From Balanoglossus misakiensis (lineage: Eukaryota; Animalia; Hemichordata), in assembly GCA_040954595.2 (NCBI GenBank), contig CM082576.2:14697129-14761128 (forward strand): DNA of 64,000 bases, in the 5' to 3' direction. This document shows, in pieces, positions 12,601 through 26,057 of the stretch (its first letter is position 1; each line of letters starts with the position of its first letter). The notes under the pieces are model-generated. The model did no database searches. It was not told the origin of the DNA and was given only the letters and a program-made list of their open reading frames with translations. Position numbers and translations under genes: made by a program.

Positions 12601-15600
12601 TTGATTTGTGGTGCTTGGTGCACTACAACAAAACCGTCGCCAGATTCATCCTACATACGTAAAAACAGACAATCATCAAAATTGGATCCATACGAAGTAC
12701 GATGAAATGCCCAGCATTTTGCTTATCAACACAACATATACATGTGTGTATATAGTCAACATTGTTATTGTGCAAAATTTGAATTCAAGTCCGCACTAGA
12801 ATTCATCTGTCCTCAATAACAATGGCTGTTACACACATACAGGCTATGTTGACAAACTGTTTGGAGTAGAACAAGAAATTCCATTGATACACAGCGCAAA
12901 AAAACAAACAAACTGAAACTGAAAATGAAGCCAGAAGATACAGCTTATGTTCCTTTGAATGAAATATCCTTCTTCATGTTTGAGTCCTTGTAACAAAATG
13001 GTTCAGACATTTCTAAGTGATGAGTTTGGATGTTTATGCGCATGGAACCAGCCAAGTCTGACTTTGAATCAGGGACTGAAAATCTTACACTGTACAGGAT
13101 GGTGCTAGAATGACTCTTACAATACACTTACAATAAGAAGAGGCGTCTCGCTACATGTGAAGCTATACTGTTCTTCATTCTTCTGGTATTTGATCAGCTC
13201 TTCATTCTCAAATATGTAGTCTGGTTGAGAAATGTATGTTGAAAATGCATAGTCCTACAAAACAAGGAAAGAACATAATCACACATATGCTAAAAGATCA
13301 AACTTTTGAAGACAATTTTTACCAATACCATATGCTGGGCTATCAGAAAACAGGGTAGCTAGCGACTGCGAAAGACAAGCTATAATGGGGAGGTTGTCAT
13401 GTGCTTGCATGAAAGCGTGTGAATGCAATCCTGAACGTTGACCCTAAATACATTGTTCTTCTTGGTAAAGTTGGACCTCTAAAGAGGGAACTAGGGGTGA
13501 AAGGGTTAAAGGTGTATCACACAATGTAGCAGTAAAATACAATATTAAAATAGCATTTGGGGAAATTATTCAATATAATTTTAATCCAATTCAATTTATT
13601 CACTTCACTTCCTTTTTTAAAATTTAGTGGTATTGGTATAAAGTACAACAAAATGTACTGACAAAGTGAATAGTAGGTACTAAAATTCTTTTTTATTCAA
13701 TTGGAACTTGCTCTTCACTTTCTCAACCATAATATATTTTTTCTGTTGATTAAATTTGCATAGGTGACCAAACCGTATTTTATGTACCTTTTATGTCATT
13801 ATTTGTAGGAAGCTCAACTTTGAACTATTGTGTTCAATCCAACTTACCTCGATGTACATGTAGTTTTCACTGCATGGTGTCCATCGCAGCATCCAGTCCA
13901 CTGTAAACTCATCATTTATCTCCGCGGTTTTCCCATCGCACTTCACTGTATTGGGTACAAATGAAAAAATGTTCAAAGAGGATTTTTTATTAATTTCCAC
14001 AAAAACTCACCAAAATGAATAATTGGTCTTCTCTACCGTTTATTCATTTTGGTGAATCAATGTTGGACCACACACAACTTCCATCCCGCTTGTAGACACG
14101 AGAATGAAAAAACTCGCCAAAATGAATAATCGGTCTATACCATTTATTCATTTTGGTGAGACTGTTAGTCTCAGAACCTATGAACGGGATGGAAATTGTG
14201 TGTGGTCCAACGTTGATTCACTATACATCCATTTTGGTGAGACTGTTAGTCTCAGAACCTATGAACGGGATGGAAATTGTGTGTGGTCCAACATTGATTC
14301 ACTATACATCCACATGTAGAATAACATAAACAGTGTCTCGTATCAAACATAATTAAGGATGTACGCGCAGAACATAAACCGGAAACACTGCGCGCCCCGT
14401 CTTTTCCCCATAGGATTACATTGATAATCGCCAGAAAACAAACTTCTGCTATTGTCATTTCCACGAAATTTTACACATAGCTCAGTCCAGCAAACATAAA
14501 TTCATTGGTCAAATAGAATATACTATAGGGGTCACCGCGCTCTATTTTGAGATAAATTGCGTTAAAATTTTTGCCCATAGACAAACCATTGGTGAAAAAT
14601 GCTGAGTCATTAGTTTTCTTCTATTAGCGACTAAATTCATGGCTCTGTATTTCAAAAACAAGCGCGGTGACCCCTATATTTTATTACGGATTTTCATTAT
14701 ACAAACAAAGGAGAATCCAAAAAATGACAATACTTTCAATTTTACTGAACGTACATCCTTAATGGAAAAAAGGGCAGCGAGAGAGAGACTTTGTCCCTTT
14801 AAGTGTCAACAGGAGATCCATTACACCATAACCCATCAAAGGAAAAATATACATGTACTCCCTCTGAGAAAAATGGATACCTATCAACTCACCTATCAAC
14901 TTGATCTGGGTCTTTTTGAACATACTTTTAGAAAAGCCAACAAAGTTCCTGTCCTGTGAGAAAAAAAGAAAACATCAGGAAATGTCAACATATCTGGATC
15001 TACTTGAATGTCAATTCCTCAAAGTAATGAAAATACGAAATACATGTAACCTGCATTTCGCCCAATAACTAAGAAGACTTTGGCAATCGTTGGTATTGGC
15101 AAATTTCAAATTGTGCTATGGACATTTGAGATACACATGTATCATGCCAGTTCCTACATGGTGTCATAGATAGAAACACACTGGGTATGCACATTCTTCA
15201 CTTTTCTGGAGATGCTGCATACCGTACTCAACATCTTTTGAATGTTGGATGTCACTGGTGAAATGTACTGAATCAAGGAATTGTGAAAAATTATGGTATA
15301 ATTTCTTGAACACTATGAAAAAGGGCATACATGCAACACATTTTACATCAAAGCATTTCAAGACATTTTTATTAGATACAGATTGCTAAAAAGACGCTTG
15401 TTGCACAAAAATTCAAAACCAATTACACACATTGTACCCTTCAGTCGTAGCATATTGCTGGGATAAATTTTGTATCCAGGGTAATAGTCTGTGATCTACC
15501 TCATTTATTTTCTTCTCTGTGGAAACAAGGATTGATTACATTCTCTAAGGCACAACACATGAATGATCATCAGTCACTTTTAAAATGTCACATGATAAGG

Positions 15601-18277
15601 ACAGTACATGTATGCTCGATGTATTACGGTTTTTGAGACCATTGCAGTACTGGTTGTGAAAATTGCTATTTAATTTTAAACTAAAATGTGAGTTACAGTA
15701 CATTTTAAGCACATTTTATTGAAAGGTAAACAGCCACTGTATTTGCAAATGACAATGAACAGATGAATGGACTGGTAATATGTTTTCACTACTTCACTGA
15801 CTTTCATGTTCCATTTGTTATGGCATTATCATCGAATGAGTTGCCTTTTATTGTTTAATTAATTTGCCTCTTCAGTAAATATGATACGACCACATAAAAG
15901 TCACATAGCTATTTTTAATTTGAATATAAAGATAATAGTAATACTGGTAGCTAAGGAAAATTCAAAAAGACTATCCACCTGCAATATTTTTGTTATACAA
16001 GAGACTGGAATAGTGCAAGTGTTGTCATCAAACAAAATGGCCGCTCAGCAGCCACAGTCTATCTGTTGAACACAAATGGGCATAAGGTATATGCAGGTAC
16101 TTCTGAGTATTGGTTCCAGACATGAAAAATTCAACAAAATAGATGTACTATGGCCATATTGGATGGTACATGTATGAAAAAATAAATTAAGCTGCATAAA
16201 AATTAGTTTGGTACACTGTGCTCATACTACGTTTGAATGAAATTGGTTAAGGTTTTCCTGAATGATGGCTCAAGGCAGATGAATTGATGGACAGGCAGAC
16301 AGGGTGACAGACAGACAGACAGAAAGACAGACAGACAGATTAACAGATGCATGGACAGACAGACAGATTAACAGATGCATGGACAGACAGAGCCCAAATC
16401 ATTAGTTACAGTCCATGACTCTCTTGCTGTTGTTCATTGGTCTTTCTTGTGTTTGGTGTATTTAATCAAAATCTGCCTTCAAACTACCATCTCAATCTGA
16501 TAAATTTGGGTTTTAAACACATCTTGATAATTTTAATTAAAGTGTGTGGTAACCAAGCTCTATGAACATATGTACACTACACACAGCTGTGTAACAATTC
16601 AATGGATCTTTTGCATATTAATGTAATATTTACATTACAGGGATTTACAATTTCACAGGTTGCAAACCAAGCCGAACATGAGAAACCAGAGTCCAATTAT
16701 ATTGCCATTTTTTCATGCAAATTGGAAATATTAAGTTTAAATTTTTCTTTTCACTTAAACTCCTTGAAATGGGACCCATGTAGATACAAGTAGATTCAGA
16801 GACAGACCATTTTGTGGTCAGTTTAATAAATTTCATTATGACAAACATATTACAAAATACAGTTTGCAACTAATTTATTCATAAATGATCCCATACATCA
16901 TACTAGTAAGCATATTTGGTCGTGGGTTGACTCTGACAATCATGTTAAGATTTCATTGGAATTAAATTGATTGAGGAGTTCATCAATATCTTCATATACA
17001 TGTAGCCATGGTGTCCCCCATTAGGTTTGTTCCTAGATCTACCCTGTTATTTGTAAGCATTAATATATTGTTGAGAAATCAGAGTTTGATTATAGTAATA
17101 AAAAAAACGTAAAAAAATGTTTTTAAATGAGATACATATTTCTGAGATATCATCAATAAATGTGCGTACACTGAGCCGTTCGAAGACTTAGTCCAAAGTA
17201 TCAGACCAACAAGTAGACATGGCAATCCTCAGGATCGATTAACAAATTTACATCTGTTCGGTTTGCTGGGAAGTCAGCTTATTTACCATACATAAATGCA
17301 AATAAGCGCAATGATATCGTGGGGCTGGTGGAACTTACTGTAAAAAATCATGACAGTCTCCCAAGCTTGTTTCCCTTGATTGAAATGTCAACTTCCTCAG
17401 CAAGATGCACATGCATACAGAACTTCATGTTTCTGAAGCTTCACCAAACAAGTGTATCATTTTGGTGTTTTCTGCCATAACACGGCATACTTGAACACAA
17501 TGATATACCATATACGAACTCAGTTTGGATGATAAAATAAATACAGGCCAATTTGGTTTTGCATATCAAGGAGATATACTTATACCTTAGCTTTAAATTT
17601 AATGAATTGGGACATCTAAGATAACTGAAACAGCAACTTGAGCAAGGTCATTCTAGTGTCTTATCAATATCAGCAGCTACATGTATCAGCCTATCTTTTT
17701 CATTGATGGCACCAGAAGACATCTTACCGTTTTAGATGTTGTTTTAGTCTGTAAGATTTTGCCCCATTTATTGAATGATCGATTGATTGACTCAGTTTTC
17801 TGGTACGTGTTCGCTGTGCGTTGAGCTGCATGATACTTGGTGCACGTACATGCATCGTGCACACTCATAATCTCACATTTATGATTCAGAGATAGGATGC
17901 GTTTGGAAGTCCTCCATTAATATACGCGGATGAAAAATGACAATTCGTTCTCGAAAATTGGCAGGGATTAACCCGATTTTGAATTTTTTATGGTAACTTC
18001 AACAGAACGAGGTTTACCAAATATGATAAGCCACATCATCACGTAAATTACTGGTGTACAGATCAATGAATCCCTATCCACAACCAATTTTAACATAAAT
18101 TCATACCTCATACGGAATGCCTTTTGTGAATTTAAGTAACTTTACCAGAACTCTTTTAAATGAACGGTTGAGTTATGTACAAACCTTTGATACAACTTCA
18201 TCGAAAACTCCCTGCTCCGGGTACGAAAAACATCCCGTAACGACTAAAAGTACGGTGACGACCGACAACATCGCCAT
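6620..18277 (-). CDS. TMEM87A: Transmembrane protein 87 (GOST / LUSTR 7TM family), 16 coding exons, ~599 aa
   Basis: Exons in transcript order: 18277-18185, 14953-14893, 13945-13848, 13254-13132, 12650-12507, 12040-11933, 11584-11488, 11113-11052, 10518-10398, 9717-9555, 9134-9041, 8848-8771, 8631-8464, 8009-7823, 7278-7149, 6692-6620. Total 1800 nt, all phases compatible. Signal peptide [18 protein letters not shown]. Family motifs [80 protein letters not shown] and C-terminal [16 protein letters not shown]. The A and B paralogues cannot be told apart here (probable pro-orthologue). Confidence 0.95.
8632..8770 (-). other. AT-AC minor-spliceosome (U12-type) intron, TMEM87 intron 12
   Basis: Minus strand: donor ATATCCTTT directly after ...CWW, branch site TTCCTTAAC (8649-8641), then 9 nt ending in AC. 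Removing it restores the in-frame CWW|IFTSLVQT. Contains a (CA)n tract. Confidence 0.93.
9322..9492. mobile_element. Tc1/mariner/pogo-type MITE
   Basis: TA|CAGTGAAACTTGTC...GACAGGTTTCACTG|TA with repeated GAGGTGTCC subunits. Confidence 0.75.
9769..9944. mobile_element. Tc1/mariner/pogo-type MITE
   Basis: TA|CAGTAAAACTCCAATTATCCGAACT...AGTTCGGATAATTGGAGTTTTACTG|TA. Confidence 0.8.
14149..14310. repeat. 81-bp tandem duplication (2 units) preceded by an inverted partial copy
   Basis: CATTTTGGTGAGACTGTTAGTCTCAGAACCTATGAACGGGATGGAAATTGTGTGTGGTCCAAC... occurs twice. An inverted segment lies at ~14053-14090. Confidence 0.85.
14357..14758. mobile_element. TTAA-flanked MITE (Kolobok-like)
   Basis: TTAA|GGATGTACG...CGTACATCC|TTAA, with internal inverted GGGGTCACCGCGC / GCGCGGTGACCCC. 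Confidence 0.75.
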
Positions 18278-18565
18278 TTTGCACTTTGCGGCCAACTGCG
18301 CACTGGTGATGACCTTTGCTCCCGTTATCTATTGAGGAGACATATGGTACTCGTTGATTGGACACATTCTCCGCTGATTCGTAATATAATGACACGTTGT
18401 CCAATAGGTGACTTCGTTACATGAGCACACATCTTGACAACACGGCGAGCTGATGTGGCATCGGTAACATGTCGCATCTGTGCGGTGCTTGTGGAAGGAG
18501 ACAATACTCTACAGAGATTATCATACAAAGGCACAATTACGTTTAGCCATTTAATCAGCTGGAGT
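18278..18565. promoter_or_regulatory. Probable bidirectional promoter between TMEM87 and ERLEC1
   Basis: Divergent ATGs with only 288 bp between them, a CpG-enriched interval, and opposed CCAAT boxes (ATTGG ~18357, CCAAT 18401). Confidence 0.7.
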
Positions 18566-21500
18566 ATGACTAGTGCACTCGCGTTTACCTCTGCAGCATG
18601 TCTGCTAGCCCTGCTGACTCGTTTGTCGGACGGTTCAGATTTCGGTGTTTTCAACCCGGATGAGACTCTGTTTCAGATGCATTGGCCAGGCAGGAGTCTT
18701 ACTATGGTATGCATATGTCTTTAAATGGTTGACCGGTCTATTATTAATTAAAAGTATTGGTGTTGTTCAGACTCTAGCATGCCAGAAAAAGTTCTTTCTT
18801 ACAGTTCTTATAATTACACGATGATACTCAACAACTTTGAGGAACATCCAAAAAGATGTAGGGGGTACATGTAATAGCTAGCTAATGTTATGGCTGCAAT
18901 ATTGTGTACAGAGTCTTGCATGTTTGGTTCTTTTGCCAGTTGTGGTTGGACCTACCACGGGAACTGAACCAGTCCATTCATTCAGAAATTCCAGTAATCA
19001 ATTTTGTAAGTCTGTGACAGACTATTAAAGCATGCTAACTCCATCTTTTCTATACAGGAACCGTCTTTTCTCATTATAGATCAATACTCAACACTCAGAC
19101 TCGAGGTCACATTTGCATCATTCATGGGTTGAATTATCATAATCACCCCAAACACCTTAGGCAAAAACATACAAACTCACTTCATTACATATTAATTTGT
19201 CTACCATTAACATCTTGCACACATTTCCAAAACATATGGACTTGCAGCTTCAGCCCTTACAGACCAGTGGGCACAACACAACCTGAACAAAGCTATGGGA
19301 CAATCCATACTCCCTGTTTAGATTGTGTTGTGCCCACTGGTCTGTAAGAGCTGGAGCTGCAAGTCCATATGTTTTGGAAAATGTGTGCAAGATGTAAACG
19401 GTGGTAATGGAAGACCGATTTACATGTAATGAAATGAGTTTGTATGTTTAAATTGCATTGACACAACAACTTTCATCAAGACTTTCACTTGCAAAATAAT
19501 CCGATCTACGCATAATTTAGTAAAAGTTACCTATATGTGGGCACTTTCTGATTACCGGTATTGCTCATTCAATATTACACAACCCTCCTATGATCAAAGT
19601 TATTGTTTCTCTCTATGAATTTGTGGCCAATTTCCAGAGTGTGCTCACAAGTGTCATTATGGTATTCATAGAAACCTCAGGTTGTGGATAGATAGCTTGA
19701 TTGTTAAATCCTTCATACCAGACCTTCACGCTGTTGCCTTTACAGCCGCAAGACGTGGTAGCTGAGGAACTCATCATGAAAACGGCAGACAATGAAGAAT
19801 ATCGCTGTTTGCTGCCTCTTGCGAACAGTGCAGACGAAGAAGAAAGGAGAAGGCAATCATATATTGGTCCAAGTGCAGCACAGTTGATGGAACCTCTGTA
19901 CAAACAACTAAGTTGTTCTTACAGGGTAAGAGAAATCCTATATGTGTCAAGATGTGCAACATCTTTATAGTTCTCAGACCTAGTCAATCAATGTAATTTG
20001 TATACTTGCCTTCGCATTCATAAATGCTATACAGACTAACTCCACACAGTACAGATAATACTGTACATGTACTTCCTATCACCATCTTAATGTTTACACT
20101 GATAGTAAGTTTTCTTTGACAGCTGTTATTATCCTAAAATGACAAGTTTCAGGTCACTTATGCTCTGTTTAAAAATTATATCTAATTGTCAACTTCGTAC
20201 AGTACTGGTATTGGTACTTTCTTTACAAAGATAAAACTTTACTGCAATACATTTCAACATATTTATGTCTGATATAATTGTTAATCATATTTCATATGTG
20301 TAGTTTTGCCCTCATTCTCAATTTTATCACCAATGCAGATAGCATTTTGTACTGAACTAAACTGGTGACAGTTGTGTGTGACATATGTTTAATATTCAAT
20401 CTTCCGACTCTTACCATAATCTCGGAGTATAAATCTTGTTGTGTTGCTACATTTAATCCAGATGTTCAGACAGTTGTCATAACATCTCTGAAATGTAAAT
20501 ATGAAAAAAAAAACATGTCCAATTATTTTGGTTTTCTTTTTGGGAGAAAATAACACAAATATGAAGTGTCATTGTCATCAAAGTTTCCTGTTAAAACGGT
20601 GAAGAAAGCCACTGAGTATTTTATTGCAACAATGAAAGAATTTCATTCTGCGGACACTGGAAAATAGTGTCCACTTGGTCTAGAATTAACTTTCAATTTA
20701 GGAAAATGTGTGAAAGTGATAAAAATGTTGCACCACAGTTTGACTAAAAGAGACAGTTAACACTGCATGTCTCCATTTGATTGAGATCCTTTCTGCAGTC
20801 ATTGAGGAACACCTTGTTTGTATCTTTTCAGCTTGAGGCTTACTGGAATTATGAATTATGCCACGGCAAATACCTTCGTCAGTATCATGAAGAAAAGGAG
20901 GCAGGGAAAGTAAGTAGGATTATGTCAACTGGTAGCTGTCACCTGGCATTTGAAAAGACTACCATAGTACAACTACCAGTATACCATGTGGAAGAAATAT
21001 AAAGCACGTATTAAAATATTTGTATTTCTGCACACATGTGTGTGTTTGTGCTATTTCATCAACATTTTTTATTTACAAACGGCGGCAGTCAGCTTACCAG
21101 AGTAAGGTAGACTAAACCCTTGCTGTACCAAACATTTTGCATGTTTTCTTTATTTTACTTTCAAATGAAAAGTATCTCGTGTAGACACGCCCTACATAAT
21201 CAAAGAAATAAATAATTAGTCTATTTGAATTTCAACCACAATAATATCAAACTCCATAAGTGAAGCATTTTGAAGCCATTCCATCGGCAACGAAAATTCA
21301 TGGTTGTGCTTTGCGCTAAAATGGCAAAAACCCAAAGGATACTGAAGACAATTAAAGATAAAATGAAAATATAAAAGGTTCTGTACCATGGGGTTTAAAA
21401 AATTAGTGGGGGTTTAAAAAATTAGTGCTACATCAACATGTACATTGTACCTAAAAACATACCAACCCAGTCATCTAACTCTTCAAGATTTAGTTGCAGT

Positions 21501-24500
21501 CTTAACACTTCAAAGTTTTGTACATATCATGTTTTACTGGAAACATAGCACTGTTAAATAGATATTTTTGTTGATCATAATAATGGACTTTTTGATTTGT
21601 AGAGTACAAAACTCCAAGAGTATTTTTTAGGAAGAATTGCAGCAAAGACAACTGACACTGATGATACAGCTGAAGAAACAGAATCAGAAGAGGTATGTGT
21701 ATGGTACCTGCAGATTACAATTTTGCTTCTTTTACCATATTCATCTCATTGTGCTTATGAATCTACAGAGTGTCCCCAAAATTATCATTCTTTTGGCATC
21801 TTTAAGTTTTATATGTCAACTTTTTGTACATTAGCCACATACTGTTAAACAGGTTATTTTCGTGAGCAATAAATTTTCGCGAAATACGCGAGAGTAAAAA
21901 AACGTGAAGATAAAAAGTTGCGTAAAAATGTATTTTCAGAGATAACAATGCAGTGAAATACGAGACAATTTACCCTCGCGTACCAGTTGCCTCTTTTGAT
22001 ATCGCGAAAATTTCCTGTCATGAAAATAACCCATTTTACAGTATCTCTATAAGGCACCCATGTTGTGGTCCTTGGTAAACTGGCTTGTGAGTCACTTCTA
22101 TAACGCAGTAGTGTTGTGGCACACTCTTATGAGGTCTTAGTTGCAGCAAACTCACTATTGTATGAATTTTCCTGGATATATTTGAAAAAAAAGCAGACTG
22201 TATAGCATGCAGGGTACTGCAGAATCTGCAAAGGCAACCATGATGTGTTCCTTTGAGCTGTATAACTTGTCCAAGATGTTAACATTACACTCTAAATATC
22301 CATATGATATTTTCCTTCATATCTTCAGATCCCAACCAAAAAGATAGATGGCAGAGAAGTGGCTTACTACGAAGTGTTGATGGAAGACGGGACTCCGTGT
22401 GATCTGAATAATAATGAACCCCGGCGAACTCGAGTCCTCTACATATGTGAGCCAGGAAGCAAGCAGGAAATATACACACTGGATGAAATCAGTACCTGTG
22501 AATACGAGGTGGTGATACTGACTCCAAACTTATGCAGCAATCCTGCATATAAGTAAGTAATTAAATCCTGACTTTAGCAAGTACCAGTTGCTGTAACTTT
22601 CAAGTTATCATTCCCCAGTGTGTTAGAAGAGTTTCAATTGCTTGATGAGATTCTGTTTCTCTGTTTCCATCCCAAAGACCGAAGGAGGCTCCAATAAGTG
22701 ATATACATTGTCAGCCCATATCAAATTCTCCTGCCAAACCTAAAGGGTTACAGAAGTTAGAATCAGAAGGTTCACATGGACAGTATGGACAGTACTCAGC
22801 CAACAATCTGAAGGTAATTATAATAATTTTCAAAAATGATATTGAAGTGATTGTCACCAGCACAAACTGGCACTTGACAAGTTCACATCAATTGTTCATC
22901 ACATGGCACACAGTGGTCAAAGTTGGAAACTCTGTGTCAGGAAATTGTGAGTTCAAGAACAACACATGGCCGTCATGCTGTGGTCCTTGAGCAAAGCAAA
23001 CTTACCCTGATAACTTTACCTGTAACCAGGAGTGGTTGGTACATGTATGTACCTGTTATCCTATATAACTTATCACTCATGTGATGGATTACAGATAGAA
23101 ACAAATAGACCTGAATTTGACAGGAATTGTTTGCTTACTCTGGATAATTAGCTTTGTACTTCCAAAGGATGATTCATAAGTATCCAAATGGCTGCATTTT
23201 CTACGCATTGGGTCATACATGTATAGTACCCCCTCAGACAGTGCATCAAGTATACGTAGATGTCTGTGACCGCAGCTACATGTTAAATAGTAAAGCATAC
23301 AGAGGTCACAGGCAAAGTCCAACATCTGCATATGATCGATTCAACACCCGAAGGCTTACTACATGTATATGAACCAATGCGTACAAAATGCAGCTATGAT
23401 TTGGCTACTTGGAGATCCCTAGGTTGAAACTTTGGTTTGTATGCAAGATGCAAGCTTAACACTCTAAATCATTTGACTTCCAATATTTAGCCTCCAGCAC
23501 AGAGCTCCAAATACAAGGACAAACAGATACAACAGCCAAAAGAACAGCCTGCTGCAGATCTGGCAGATAAACAATTATTAAAAGATTTTTTAGCAGGAGA
23601 GTACTGCCTTACAGGAGTAAGTAGTCTTTACAGACTTTTTGAATTATTTCAATAGAAACGAGAACCAACAGTACATAGATGAATGGCCACTCCTGTCAGT
23701 GAATTTAGTGGTTGGTTCTAAAACACCTATCAAGTGATCTGAGTATTGATATTTACCAAAATATTGTTTTCTTATCCATCACTGCATCAGTATGAGGTCA
23801 TATCTGCATATTTCCGTATTTTACAAGAGAGATAAATGTAATATTTGAATATTGAGAAACATCGTCTTTGAAGAAAATGATTTGTCAGTGCTTGGTATTT
23901 GTTTTGTGCTTGCATAGCCAATGCCGTTTTTAAACCAATTTTTGTCTAGTATATAAATATTTATTCATGAAATACTTGTTTATTCTCGAAATAATTTTGT
24001 TTACTTTGACAGGGCCAGGGATGGTGGAAATATGAATTTTGTTATGGGAAATATGCACTACAGTACCATGTGGTAAGAATGGCCTCTTTATTGCAATTTG
24101 TTAAATTTTTCTTTCAGTCAATGTTTTCATACTTTCGACTACAAAAACATTTGCAAGATTTCTGGCTAATATTTGTATGATATCTAGCTATTAATACAAA
24201 CTTTAGAAGATATGTAGATGTACTTGCGGTATTCAAGAATATTATAACACATGTTGTTGGTTATCAAGAGCAAATTTTGCATTGTGTTCCCAAGTACCTG
24301 TATTTCTGTCATGTGTATGTAAAAGCACTACTATGAAATATTCATTTCAGAGTTCCCTAATATTCAGGATAGCAAACAGTTCAGTTGTTTGAAAAGGGCT
24401 GTTTCCTATCAGAACTGTAAAAATATTCATTAGCTATGCACAGAATGATATTTTGATGTGTAGGTATGTGTCTGTATGTGAACAGAAAAATGGAGTTGCA

Positions 24501-26057
24501 GCTTACAATATTATGTTTTACTGGTATTGCAGGAAAGGAATATACGAACAGAAATCAGGTTGGGTCAGTGGAATGAACAAGAGCACAGAGAGTGGTTTCA
24601 AAAATTTAGAAAAACAAAAGGTGTAAAGTAAGTGTCAAACTGATCAACAGTAACCAGGAAATATTTCTCACACAATAAATTTTTCGTGAATTTTGCGTGA
24701 GCCAGAAAAATGCAAAAGTAAATGGTCATGAATATTTTCAAGAACAATGCAGTTGGTGAAATAAGAGAACACGAAAATTAATTGTGAAAATTTCTTGCTG
24801 AGAAAATTTCCTAGTTTACAGTACATGTATTTGTCTTCAATTTCTTTTGTGGTGCTATCTTTAAATGTTAGTGTGGTTATATTTTACGTTTTTGTTTGTC
24901 TCCTATGTTTCAAATATCTGTGATGTGAGCCGTGTCATTTTACACAGATGGTATACTGTAGTTACTCAACAGTTTTAGAATGTGATTTTTTAAAAATTGT
25001 TGCTCAGTAATCATCATCTAGTGTGCACAATATAAATGGTATGTTGACTAGCAGAATACTGGGCATTTCAGTATGCTTTTACAGGAGTTGAAGAAGAAAC
25101 TGCAGTCGATAACGCTAAATAAAGAGTTAATAGCTAATGTTTCTTTAAATACATAGAATGAAACTTTAGATTTCTATTTTAAGAAATAGAATGTCAAGTG
25201 AAATGTGTCTAAAGTTTTTATTGCTCTGCTTTTCCAGAAGTGTTTATTTATACTACGGTCATGGTGATGTGTGTGACCTCACTGGTAAAGAGAGGAACGT
25301 GCAAGTGAAGCTTAAATGCAAAGAGTCACAGTCACCTCATTCTGTTAGTATTTATTTAGTGGAACCAACAACTTGTGAATACATTCTTGGGGTAAGTTGA
25401 TCTCTCTTACAGATGCTCAGACTGGAGACCTTAGGAAACTGTGCGACCATTCATAGTAATTTTAGAAAGTTTGTATCGCATGGTATGGCTCTACAGAATA
25501 TCCTACACCTGAAACTAATTTCTGGCTGGATTGTTAATTTACCATGAAGATGTCGTCTTTCTTTAGGTTTTCCCGAACTTCTTACAACAACTTGTGACAC
25601 TGTTTGTACATGTATATTTCTGTCTGTTTTTGGAGACATCACACCAAATAGGTGAACCCTGGAATTCAAATGCATTACGGTACAAGCAAAACAGTCGTAG
25701 AAATATGCGTACTCCTATGAATTCACTCGCCCATATGTATTTGTTTTACCACTATCACTAAGAAATCCTGTATATATAATATTCCATACAACACCACAGT
25801 AGTCTGAGTACGTGCAAAATTGTATTCCAGGGTAGGCCTATCAGCTACGTTCTTCTGCCACTGACATGTCACTCTGCAAATTGTCCAGATTCGAATTTCC
25901 CAAGATCCAAACTGAAACTATGCTAAATACAGCTGGTGAAGTGGAGTGTTTTGATAACGGATTGATTTTGCCCTGATTGCAGGTTGAATCACCACTGATC
26001 TGTTCATTGTTGAGTACAGCAGATGATGAGGGCGTCCTACATCCAGTCTTAGAATAG
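18566..26057 (+). CDS. ERLEC1: Endoplasmic reticulum lectin 1 (XTP3-B/Erlectin, two MRH domains), 11 coding exons, ~452 aa
   Basis: Exons: 18566-18706, 19746-19925, 20832-20909, 21603-21692, 22329-22552, 22678-22813, 23491-23616, 24013-24072, 24533-24627, 25238-25391, 25983-26057. Total 1359 nt, GT-AG, in phase. Signal peptide, [60 protein letters not shown], second [43 protein letters not shown]. Confidence 0.95.
19165..19449. repeat. Long palindrome (~135-bp arms, tiny loop) in ERLEC1 intron 1
   Basis: ACATCTTGCACACATTTCCAAAACATATGGACTTGCAGC..TTACAGACCAGTGGGCACAACACAA is mirrored by TTGTGTTGTGCCCACTGGTCTGTAA..GCTGCAAGTCCATATGTTTTGGAAAATGTGTGCAAGATGT. Confidence 0.9.
22902..23042 (+). mobile_element. 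Degenerate tRNA-derived SINE (CORE-like); related fragment ~57030-57105
   Basis: A-box-like TGGCACACAGTGG and B-box-like GAGTTCAAGA, followed by GTCCTTGAGCAAAGCAAACTTACCC. Confidence 0.4.

Noticed and set aside
12507-12622. Nearer acceptor (ttgttgtag) for TMEM87 exon 5
   Set aside because: It gives the wrong phase and a premature stop. The acceptor at 12650 keeps the frame.
14149-14310. Repeat as a CRISPR array
   Set aside because: It has only two contiguous 81-bp units, no unique spacers, no cas genes, and sits in a eukaryotic intron.
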